Source of the DNA: an uncultured Burkholderiales bacterium
GTDB lineage: Bacteria > Actinomycetota > Acidimicrobiia > IMCC26256 > BP-133
Assembly: GCA_964502185.1 (NCBI GenBank)
Contig: CAZCVW010000004.1
Location: forward strand, 1-32,350
DNA: 32,350 nucleotides
Direction of reading: 5' to 3'
Shown: piece by piece, positions 25,341-32,350 of the stretch
Numbering within the stretch: the first letter of the stretch is position 1
Layout: every line of letters starts with the position of its first letter
Translations under genes and position numbers: made by a program
The notes under the pieces: generated by a model
What the model saw: only the letters and a program-made list of their open reading frames with translations
Told to the model about the DNA's origin: nothing
The model's database searches: none

Positions 25341-26311
25341 GGGCGTCCTTTCGATCTGCCGCTCAACTCGCGCTCGAGGAGCGCGTGCGCGGCCGTCCAT
25401 GGGTCCGTCGTGCGCCGGCACAGCGCCTCGACCGCGGTCTCGAAGGCCGATCCGGGAACGGGCCGGTCGAGGCGTTCGTGGACGAGGGCGGTGAGCAGCG
25501 TCTTCAGCCGGTGGCGTGCCATCAACCGCCGGCGCTCCTCCATGCTGCCGGAAGCGAGCAGCCAGTCGTAATGCTGGTCAAGGGCCTCGGCCAATTCGGT
25601 CACGCCCTGACCGCTCTCGGCGCACGTCGGAAGCACCGGAGCGAGCCATCCATTTACGGCGCTGAAGCCGAGCATGGACCTCAGCTCGGCCATCGTGCGG
25701 TCAGCACCCTCCCGATCGGCCTTGTTCACGACATGCACATCAGCTGTCTCCAGCAGGCCCGCCTTGAGCGCCTGGACATCGTCTCCCAGCCCGGGGGCGG
25801 AAACGACGACGACGCTATGAGCCGCCTGCGCGATCTCAACCTCGTCTTGGCCCACGCCCACCGTCTCCACCAAGACGACGTCCTTGCCGGCCGCGTCGAG
25901 CACGGCGACCGCGTCGGCGGTAGCACGGGCGATCCCGCCGAGCGCGCCACGAGTGGCCATGGAGCGAATGAACACCTCGGGGTCGTCCCACAGCGCCTGC
26001 ATCCGAATCCGGTCGCCGAGGACCGACCCGCCCGAGTAGGGACTGGACGGATCGACCGCCACGATCCCGAGGGTCAAGCCCCGCCGGCGGAGGTCAACGC
26101 CGAGGGCTGCGACCAGGGTGCTCTTGCCGGCGCCCGCCGGGCCGGTGACGCCGATCACCCGTGCCCGGCCGCCCGCTCGGTAGAGCTCGGCCAGGTCGTC
26201 CGCCCCGTCGAGCGCTCCCCGTTCGACGCGGGAGATCATCCGGGCGATGGATGCAACCTCCCCGGCGAGGACGCCTCGGGCCAGGTCGGTGTCCGCCCCG
26301 GTGGCCGTCAT
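25337..26311 (-). CDS. meaB: MeaB/ArgK-type G-protein chaperone for B12-dependent mutases
   Basis: It has a P-loop (GVTGPAGAGKSTLV), AVDPSSPYSGGSVLGDRIRM, ETVGVGQ and VNKAD. It is translationally coupled on both sides by ATGA overlaps. Confidence 0.9.
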
Positions 26312-26742
26312 CCGGCCTGCGTCGCCTGCCGGTCGCGGACGAGACGCTCTACGGTGGCCACGATGGTCGCCGGAGGTGTGTCCTGCCCGAGAATGTCCGC
26401 CACGCCCATCGCCTTCAGGGCGGCCACGTCTTCATCCGGCATGACCCCACCGGCGACGAGGACCTTGTCGTCGACTCCGTGCTGCCGCATGAGCTCCAGG
26501 AGACGCGGCAGGAGCGTCATGTGCGCGCCCGAGAGCAGGCTGACGCCAATGGCATCGACATCTTCTTGCACGGCGGAGGCGATGACCTGCTCGGGGGTCC
26601 GGTGGAGGCCAGTGTAAATGACCTCCATGCCGCCGTCACGCAGGGCCCGGGCGACCACCTTCACGCCGCGGTCGTGGCCGTCGAGGCCCACCTTGGCCAC
26701 CAAGACCCGGATCGGGCCCTGCGCACCGTCGACCGGCGGCAT
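26308..26742 (-). CDS. hcmB: Acyl-CoA mutase small subunit, cobalamin-binding domain (operon 2, HcmB-like)
   Basis: The 144-aa product MPPVDGAQGPIRVLVAKVGLDGHDRGVKVVARALRDGGMEVIYTG... contains DxHxxG. A GGGAGA RBS lies before ATG 26742. The rest of the listed ORF (to 27075) is not protein-like. Confidence 0.9.
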   Translation of the reverse strand: MPPVDGAQGPIRVLVAKVGLDGHDRGVKVVARALRDGGMEVIYTGLHRTPEQVIASAVQEDVDAIGVSLLSGAHMTLLPRLLELMRQHGVDDKVLVAGGVMPDEDVAALKAMGVADILGQDTPPATIVATVERLVRDRQATQAG

Positions 26743-26763
26743 GTTCGTTCTCCCTCTTGTCAA

Positions 26764-26776
26764 TTGGTCAGACCAA
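26764..26776. promoter_or_regulatory. Putative FadR/GntR-type operator, copy 4 (TTGGTCAGACCAA; perfect 6+1+6 dyad)
   Basis: This is a perfect palindrome around a central A, 21 nt upstream of the hcmB-like ATG. Confidence 0.6.
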
Positions 26777-26836
26777 GGTACTCCAGGACCCAGCGGAAGG
26801 CAACGTCGGCCGACCGCCATCGGGTTGAATCCCCGG

Positions 26837-27046
26837 TCACGCCAGAACGCGAACGTCTCCGCCGTTCGCCACGTCAACGGGGCCATCGAAGAAGCGCTGG
26901 GCCTCCGCGATGGCTCGTTTCGGGTCGCTTCCTGGTCGCAGGTGCGTGAGGACCAGGCTACGGACGCCGGCTTCGGCGGCGATGGCACCCGCCTGGACAG
27001 TCTGGATCGGCGTGGCCGGCGAACGGACGTACGAGCTTTGGGTTGA
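26837..27046 (-). pseudogene. 3' relic of a metallo-beta-lactamase-fold hydrolase gene (no start codon, N-terminal ~200 codons missing)
   Basis: My hand translation immediately after the ZIP stop, in the same frame, gives STQSSYVRSPATPIQTVQAGAIAAEAGVRSLVLTHLRPGSDPKRAIAEAQRFFDGPVDVANGGDVRVLA*. This is the characteristic C-terminal (H)xTPxQA...AGVxxLVLTHL block of MBL-fold proteins. It is not in the ORF track because it has no start codon. Confidence 0.45.
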
Positions 27047-28294
27047 TCATCCTCCGACGACGAGCGCGGTGGCAAACATCAGGGCGAACCCCATGGCGGC
27101 GCCGACGAGAAGCAGCCCCGGGTCCGTCGTCCGGCGGCGGGCGTAGCGGGCGAGCTCATCGATCACCTCAGCGATGGCGCCGACGCCGACAGCGAGAAAC
27201 AGCGTCCCGAGCAGCACCGAGAAGGCGAGTCCGCCCAGGACAGTTCCGGCCACCGTGGGGAGGCCCGCGACCAGACCCAGGCCGATCAGGTGCCACCATC
27301 TCGGTAGACAGGGCATGGTCGGGGAGGCGATGGCGATTCCCTCGGTGGTGTTGTGAAGGGCGAAGCCGACGACGAGTGCGGTCCCGAGGGCGATCTCTCC
27401 CCGGGCGTGCGCCGAACCGACCGCCAAGCCCTCCCCGAAATTGTGCAGCCCGATCCCCACGGCGATGAGGTAGGCAAGGGACAGGGGGGACGGTATGGCC
27501 TCCCCCGGTCCGCCTCCGACAGCCCCCCTTGGTCCACCGCGGTGACGGCGTCGGCTCAGATAGGCAAGCCCGGCATAGGTGCCAACCGCCCCGGCGAACA
27601 CGAGGGCCGGCCCCTGGAAGACGGAGGCGAGCTCGCTGGCCAGTTCGAGGGACTCGCCGAGGGCGTCGACAGCCAGGAACATGAGCAGTCCGCCTGTGAA
27701 CCCGAGCAGGAACCGCAGGCCGCGCCGACCGAGGCGGGCCAGGGCCGGTAGGAACAGCAGGCCGATGAAGACGGGGAGGACGCCCATGTAGGTGCCGAGA
27801 AGGACGTAGCCGATCACGGTCCGGCCGCTGGCCGTGGGGGTCTCGGCAGCGGCCTCGACGTCGTGGACGTACGTCATACCCGTCGAGTCGACCACGGCGA
27901 TGGACAGCGGCTCCCCCGCCACCCATGGATAGGGGATGCGAAGGCGGGCGGACTCCAGCCGGTCGAGGTTCCGGCCCGGCTCCACGGTGAACACCCGATA
28001 GGCCTCGTCGATCATTACCTGGCTCACGTCGAGCGACGTCGGGCCGGTGTTGCGGATTGAGATCGTGATCACGTCCGGGGCCAAGGTGACCTGCTCGAAG
28101 GCGAGTTCGGGGATGGCGGCCGGCTGTGGGCGGAGCAATCTCTCGACCCCGGCTTGGCGCATGAGCACCAGCGCGGCCAGCGTTCCCACGATCGCCACTA
28201 CGAGGCCGGCGACCCAACCCCAGCCGGCCCGCGCTGCAGGCTGTGTCACCATTGCCGCTTCGGCGCCGTCTCCGACCGGCTCGTGCAGGTCCAC
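27047..28294 (-). CDS. ZIP-family divalent-metal transporter with an extra N-terminal extracytoplasmic domain
   Basis: ZIP signatures are present (GIGLHNFGEGLAVG, GFALHNTTEGIAI) along with multiple TM segments. I chose GTG 28294 as the start because GGAGGGG lies 8 nt upstream. ATG 28252 is an alternative. The listed 683-aa ORF continues as a shadow frame over the oxidase gene. Confidence 0.8.
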   Translation of the reverse strand: MDLHEPVGDGAEAAMVTQPAARAGWGWVAGLVVAIVGTLAALVLMRQAGVERLLRPQPAAIPELAFEQVTLAPDVITISIRNTGPTSLDVSQVMIDEAYRVFTVEPGRNLDRLESARLRIPYPWVAGEPLSIAVVDSTGMTYVHDVEAAAETPTASGRTVIGYVLLGTYMGVLPVFIGLLFLPALARLGRRGLRFLLGFTGGLLMFLAVDALGESLELASELASVFQGPALVFAGAVGTYAGLAYLSRRRHRGGPRGAVGGGPGEAIPSPLSLAYLIAVGIGLHNFGEGLAVGSAHARGEIALGTALVVGFALHNTTEGIAIASPTMPCLPRWWHLIGLGLVAGLPTVAGTVLGGLAFSVLLGTLFLAVGVGAIAEVIDELARYARRRTTDPGLLLVGAAMGFALMFATALVVGG

Positions 28295-28353
28295 CTCAGG
28301 TACCCCTCCGGGGACGGCGCGCTGGCGGGGCCAGACGACGCGGGCCGGGAGGT

Positions 28354-29346
28354 TCACGTGCTCACCTGGAACATGCCCATCCAGCCCAGCTCGGAGAACT
28401 CGGTCTGATGGGCGTGGAACATGTAGGTGCCAGGGAACTTGTACGTGAGCTCGAGGACGGCCCGCTCGACCTGGGCGAGGACGGTGACGTCGGTGAAGTT
28501 GTTGGGGGTGAGGGACGTCCCGGTGCGGTACTCGGAGAAGAAGTTGGCGTGGGTATGCAGTGAGTTGAGCGGATCGAACTCGGTCAGGTTCACCAGGTAG
28601 ATCCGCACCAGCTCCCCGACCCGCAGCGGGATCGGGTGGCGCACGTAATGGAAGGCCACCGTGTTGACAGCATAGATCTCGTTCTCGCCGTCGAGGTTGG
28701 TGTCGAACCCGTTCATCGTCATGACGAGCTCCCGGGCCGGCGGTCGCGGCTCGGGCGGGTCGATGATGAACACGCCGTAGAGGCCCTTGTGGATGTGACG
28801 GCGTAGCGGGGGCACGTGGCAGTGGTAGAGGTGAAGCCCGAACGGCTCGGCGTCGAACTCGTAGGTGAACTCCCCGCCGGGCTGCACGACCTCGAAGACG
28901 CCGTCCATCCCGGCGGCGTGGATCCCGTGGAAGTGGATGGTGTGGGGGTGGGTGCCGGCGTTTACGAAGTGGATCTGCAGGCGATCGCCCTGCGTGCAGC
29001 GCAGCGTCGGGCCGGGGACGCGGCCGTTGTAGGTCCAGGCGGGGAACATGATGCCCGGGGCGACCTCGATCTCCTGGTCCACGGCGTAGAGCTTCCACGT
29101 CCGCAGCGTCCGCCCGTCGGCCAGGGTCGAGACGGTGCCGTAGTCGAAGTCGGTGAGGTAGGCGGAAGGGTCGAAGCGGGAGAGGTCCACCTCACCCACC
29201 ACCATGTTCCCGCCATGATCAGCGGCGTGACTGTCATGGATTGCGGCCGTCCGTGCGTTCGCCCCATCGCGCCCGACCACCGAGGCGACGCCGGCAGCAG
29301 CTAGGGCCCCGGCTCCACGAAGCAGTTCGCGGCGGGTGAATTTCAA
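28354..29346 (-). CDS. Tat-secreted two-domain multicopper oxidase (cupredoxin fold, nitrite-reductase-like architecture)
   Basis: Copper motifs occur in the order HTIHFHG, LYHCHV, LHTH, FHAH. With a TTG start at 29346 (GGAGGA just upstream) the N-terminus is MKFTRRELLRGAGALAAAGVASV, a classic twin-arginine signal. The listed ORF extends to TTG 29424. Confidence 0.8.
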   Translation of the reverse strand: MKFTRRELLRGAGALAAAGVASVVGRDGANARTAAIHDSHAADHGGNMVVGEVDLSRFDPSAYLTDFDYGTVSTLADGRTLRTWKLYAVDQEIEVAPGIMFPAWTYNGRVPGPTLRCTQGDRLQIHFVNAGTHPHTIHFHGIHAAGMDGVFEVVQPGGEFTYEFDAEPFGLHLYHCHVPPLRRHIHKGLYGVFIIDPPEPRPPARELVMTMNGFDTNLDGENEIYAVNTVAFHYVRHPIPLRVGELVRIYLVNLTEFDPLNSLHTHANFFSEYRTGTSLTPNNFTDVTVLAQVERAVLELTYKFPGTYMFHAHQTEFSELGWMGMFQVST

Positions 29347-29434
29347 CGGTCCTCCGGGGCGCCGTGTCGCCGCGGGGCCGGGACGGCTCTCGAAAAGAGC
29401 CAAACCGAGGCCCGCTGGCACCAAGACGGATACA

Positions 29435-29447
29435 TTGGCCAGACCAT
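29435..29447. promoter_or_regulatory. Putative FadR/GntR-type operator, copy 5 (TTGGCCAGACCAT)
   Basis: Same dyad, in the divergent gap between the oxidase (start 29346, minus) and ThDP enzyme 2 (ATG 29510, plus). The flank GACCATGTTACCA resembles the reverse complement of the copy-1 flank (GACCAAGTTACCA). Confidence 0.5.
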
Positions 29448-29509
29448 GTTACCAAGGCTCCGCCCCTTGTCGCGTCGGTGGGGGGCCCAGGCGCAGTAGG
29501 TTCGGCCCC

Positions 29510-31087
29510 ATGTGCCCGAACGTGGCGACTGCCGAGGCCATCCGTCGACATGGGGTCCGCGTCGTCTTCTCCGCGGTGGAGCAACGCTATGCACCGTTGT
29601 GCCGGCGCCTGGAGGAGTCCGGCGTCCCGGTCGTGGAAACGCTCCACGAGCAGACGGCTGCTTTCGCGGCCGAAGCCTGGGCGAAGGTGACTCGGGAACC
29701 AGGTGTACTCCTCCTCAGCGGGCCACTTGCCTTGTCAAGGGCGATCACCGGCCTGGCCAATGCCTTCTCGAACGGGTCTCCGATGGTGGTGGTCGACGAC
29801 CCTGCGGGGGCGTCCGGCCGCAACGAGCACGTCGCCCGACACCTAGCGATGGCGGCCACCATCGCCCGATCGACCCGGACCGCGAGTGCCGCCGACCTCC
29901 CCAGTGTCATCGGCGCAGCACGCGCGCTCGCGAACCTGCCTCCCCGGGGACCAGTTCTCATCGAGATCGATGGCGAGGCCTCCGGTGCCGTGACCAGCGA
30001 CGCCACACCGCCACCAGGAGCGCCGGACGGTAAAGCGCTGGCGCACGTCGCCGCTCTCCTTGCCGCAGCTGAGCGACCAGTCCTCGTAGCTGGCGGCGGG
30101 GTTTATTGGTCGAAGGCGGAGGCATCTCTACGCCGCTTCGCCGAAGGCCTCGGGGTGCCGGTCGTGATGAACGGGATGGGCCGCGGCACGCTGCCGGCTG
30201 ACCACGACCTGGCCATCTCGCGGGCCCGACCCCTCGCCCTGCGGGAGGCCGATCTGGTGCTCGTGGCGGGGACTCCGCTCGATTTCCGCCTCGGCTACGG
30301 TCGGTTCGACAAGGCCGGCGTCGTTCACCTCTGCGAGCACGTCTCTCAGGTCGCGAGGCACGTCGAGCTGGCCGGCTCGCTGGTGGGGGACCATGGCCGG
30401 CTCTTCGAGATGCTCATCGCGGCCGGTGGCGCCGGACGCCGTACCAAGGGTTGGATCGAGCAACTCCGAGACGAGGAGACGAGCCGTCGTGCCGCGGAGG
30501 ACGCGGATCTGCAGGCCGACAGCACGCCGATCCGCCCTCCCCGCTTCTACGGCGAGTTACGGAAGCGGCTGGCCCGGGATGCCGTCGTCATCGGCGACGG
30601 GGGGGACTTCGTCTCGTACGCCGGGCGTTATGTCGACACCTTCACACCTGGCTGTTTCCTAGACCCCGGTCCATTCGGTTGCCTCGGGATCGGAATGGGC
30701 TACGCAATGGGGGCCAGACTGGCCCACCCGCGCCGGCAGGTCGTCGTCCTCTTCGGCGATGGCGCCGCCGGCTTCTCGTTGATGGAACTCGCCACGCTGG
30801 TCCGCCACGGGTTGCCTGTGGTGGCGATCGTGGGCAACAACAGCGGCTGGGGGCTCGAGAAGCACCACATGCAGGCGATGTTCGGCTATGCCGTGGTGGC
30901 CGATCTGCCGCCCGGCACCCGCTATGACAAGGTGGCGGAGGCCCTGGGGGCCCAGGGCCATCTCGTCACCGAACCGGGCGAGATCGGTCCTGCATTAGAT
31001 CACGCCTTTGCCACCGAGGGTCCGGTGGTCATAAACGTGATGCTTGATCCAGCAGATACCTATCACCGCTCCACCCTCCTCGCCTGA
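29510..31087 (+). CDS. Thiamine-diphosphate enzyme, OXC/HACL-like PP domain with a degenerate PYR domain (ThDP enzyme 2)
   Basis: The PP domain is intact: GDGGDFVSYAGRY...LDPGPFGCLGIGMGYAMGA...VVLFGDGAAGFSLMELATLVRHGLPVVAIVGNNSGWG. The N-terminal domain keeps LHEQTAAFAAEAW but lacks the usual FGxPG and GPG motifs. I chose ATG 29510 as the start, and the listed ORF begins at 29336. Confidence 0.8.
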   Translation: MCPNVATAEAIRRHGVRVVFSAVEQRYAPLCRRLEESGVPVVETLHEQTAAFAAEAWAKVTREPGVLLLSGPLALSRAITGLANAFSNGSPMVVVDDPAGASGRNEHVARHLAMAATIARSTRTASAADLPSVIGAARALANLPPRGPVLIEIDGEASGAVTSDATPPPGAPDGKALAHVAALLAAAERPVLVAGGGVYWSKAEASLRRFAEGLGVPVVMNGMGRGTLPADHDLAISRARPLALREADLVLVAGTPLDFRLGYGRFDKAGVVHLCEHVSQVARHVELAGSLVGDHGRLFEMLIAAGGAGRRTKGWIEQLRDEETSRRAAEDADLQADSTPIRPPRFYGELRKRLARDAVVIGDGGDFVSYAGRYVDTFTPGCFLDPGPFGCLGIGMGYAMGARLAHPRRQVVVLFGDGAAGFSLMELATLVRHGLPVVAIVGNNSGWGLEKHHMQAMFGYAVVADLPPGTRYDKVAEALGAQGHLVTEPGEIGPALDHAFATEGPVVINVMLDPADTYHRSTLLA

Positions 31088-31103
31088 GCCAAAGCTCATC
31101 GGG

Positions 31104-31856
31104 TCAGGGCACCGATGGCTCGAGCAGCGTCGCCTCCAACCGGCATAGGGTCGTCTCGCCGACCCCGGCAGCCGTTGCCCAACCTCTAACCCCGCCGTAG
31201 CTCTCCTCCAGCATGTGGAGGAATTCCCGCATGATGCGGGGCTCGGAATCCAACGCGCTCGAGGGAAGCTGATTGAGCCTCTCGGCGTAGCTGGGACGAC
31301 GACGCAGGAAATCAATGATCTCGTCCCGCGCATGATGCTTGGCGGCATAGTCAGACACCACGATTTCGGCCTCGACCCCGAGACAGCCGAGCAATAGGGC
31401 CGCGAGAACACCCGTGCGGTCCTTGCCGGCGGAGCAGTGGAACACGAGTGGCTGCGCCTGGGAAATCGTCTCCAGAGCCTGGACGATGTTCTCCTGAGCC
31501 AGGTCGAGGTAGCTGAAGTAGCGGTCCACGAGCCCGGTTTCGATTCGTCCCGGCCCGTAATCCCGTTTCTCTTGGAGTATCGGGAGGTTCACATACCGCA
31601 GCGGCTCGTGCTCAAGCGGTCCCAGCCCATCGTGCCGGATCTCTCGAGCACTACGAAGGTCCAGCACCGTCACCAGACCCAGACGCTCTCGGACGATCTC
31701 GAGGTCACCGTCGGTCAGTTCCTGGAGGCTGTTGCTTCGGAACACACGGCCAAAGCGTGTTTGCCGGCCGTCACCTGTGCGGTGGCCGCCCAGGTCGCGG
31801 AAGTTGATGGCACCGGCGAGCGAGAGCGACCGTCGGTGATTCGGCAGAGAAGCCAT
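31104..31856 (-). CDS. Tyrosine/serine phosphatase-like protein (CX5R active site; bacterial tyrosine-phosphatase family)
   Basis: NFRDLGG lies near the N-terminus and VFHCSAGKDRTGVLAALLLG is a HCx5R(S/T) P-loop. The start is ATG 31856 (MASLPNHRR...) or ATG 31871. The Arg-rich upstream part of the listed 348-aa ORF is not credible. Confidence 0.8.
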   Translation of the reverse strand: MASLPNHRRSLSLAGAINFRDLGGHRTGDGRQTRFGRVFRSNSLQELTDGDLEIVRERLGLVTVLDLRSAREIRHDGLGPLEHEPLRYVNLPILQEKRDYGPGRIETGLVDRYFSYLDLAQENIVQALETISQAQPLVFHCSAGKDRTGVLAALLLGCLGVEAEIVVSDYAAKHHARDEIIDFLRRRPSYAERLNQLPSSALDSEPRIMREFLHMLEESYGGVRGWATAAGVGETTLCRLEATLLEPSVP

Positions 31857-32032
31857 CGGTGGCTTCAGCATAATGGATCTCGTCGGTATTCCCACAAACA
31901 TCAGTTCCCACGACGCCAACATGGCCCGGCGAGCTGCTCGCGACACATCCGCGGACCAACCCCCGGGACGCATCGGCGCAGTCGCCAATGTTTCGGTCGC
32001 TCTCGTTCCCTCCCGCCGAAGTCCGCGCCGTC

Positions 32033-32350
32033 TCAATAGCGGTCGAGACGGGCGCGAACCTCGGCTTCGGCGTCGCTGCCTCGGCGGACGTAGGTCGCGA
32101 TCGTGAAGCCGAGGTTGTGGTGGCCGAGGTTGTGGCTTACTTCTTCCCAAGGGAGGCCGGGTTCGTGGTGCAGCCAGGTGGCCGCATGGAGTCGGGCCCT
32201 TGACATCGACGAGGTCTTCAGCCGCATCACGGCGCCGAGGTCGAAAGGTCGCGAGCAGGTAGCCCGTAAATTCCTCGGATTTCTTCGGGGCCAGGCCAGA
32301 TCCTCGCCCCGGAGAACCTCAGCCTTCGCGGACTCGGCCGTCTTCGACGA
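32033..32350 (-). CDS. Tyrosine-recombinase (phage-integrase family)-like C-terminal segment; the frame is open to the window edge; possibly degenerate
   Basis: The box-II-like end is ...SRARLHAATWLHHEPGLPWEEVSHNLGHHNLGFTIATYVRR. Compare the canonical HDLRHTAATWL...LGH....T..Y.H. The R-H spacing is off by one residue, so it may be a relic. My hand translation shows the frame stays open from 32230 to 32350. Confidence 0.4.
   Translation of the reverse strand, partial: SSKTAESAKAEVLRGEDLAWPRRNPRNLRATCSRPFDLGAVMRLKTSSMSRARLHAATWLHHEPGLPWEEVSHNLGHHNLGFTIATYVRRGSDAEAEVRARLDRY

Noticed and set aside
27044-27049. The possibility that the ZIP TGA is read through or recoded, so that the MBL-like 69 codons form a C-terminal extension of the transporter.
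   Set aside because: A cytosolic hydrolase C-terminal fragment fused to a membrane transporter makes no structural sense, and no recoding signals were noticed. The relic interpretation is simpler.
31857-32150. The N-terminal 97-residue extension of the phosphatase ORF (listed as 31104..32150).
   Set aside because: It is an extremely Arg/Pro-rich, non-protein-like sequence that overlaps the 3' end of the integrase-like frame. The family normally starts shortly before the NFRDLGG motif.

Overview
This is a high-GC, densely coding bacterial segment, probably actinobacterial (about 65-75% GC in the lines I hand-counted). The main theme is coenzyme-B12 acyl-CoA mutase chemistry. There are two minus-strand mutase operons. 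Operon 1 (6639->2728) encodes a divergent large subunit, a B12-binding subunit and an oxalyl-CoA-decarboxylase/2-hydroxyacyl-CoA-lyase-like ThDP enzyme. Operon 2 (26742->22566) encodes a B12-binding subunit, a MeaB G-protein chaperone, an HcmA-like large subunit and an APH-family kinase. Also present are a second, degenerate ThDP enzyme, a PaaK-like acid-CoA ligase, a beta-hydroxyacid dehydrogenase, a polytopic membrane protein, and GAF/PucR and GntR/FadR regulators. A 13-bp dyad TTGGyCwGACCAw sits in five promoter gaps and links these units into one putative FadR-type regulon. Between the two operons runs a plus-strand gene train (9432-21675) that I cannot assign to a known pathway. It starts with a ~3.2 kb low-GC insertion encoding two orphan proteins, a free-standing phosphohistidine swivel-domain protein and a winged-helix-like protein. 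It continues with a duplication scar carrying a truncated PPDK N-terminus, then a PPDK-like protein whose PEP/pyruvate domain has lost its catalytic motifs. The train ends with a ferritin-like diiron protein, a Rieske protein, a fused double histidine phosphatase, a small ferredoxin and an Ldh2-family dehydrogenase. A Tat-secreted multicopper oxidase + ZIP transporter module appears to have been inserted over a metallo-beta-lactamase-fold gene relic. A tyrosine-phosphatase-like gene and an integrase fragment lie at the right edge. I saw no rRNA, tRNA or CRISPR.
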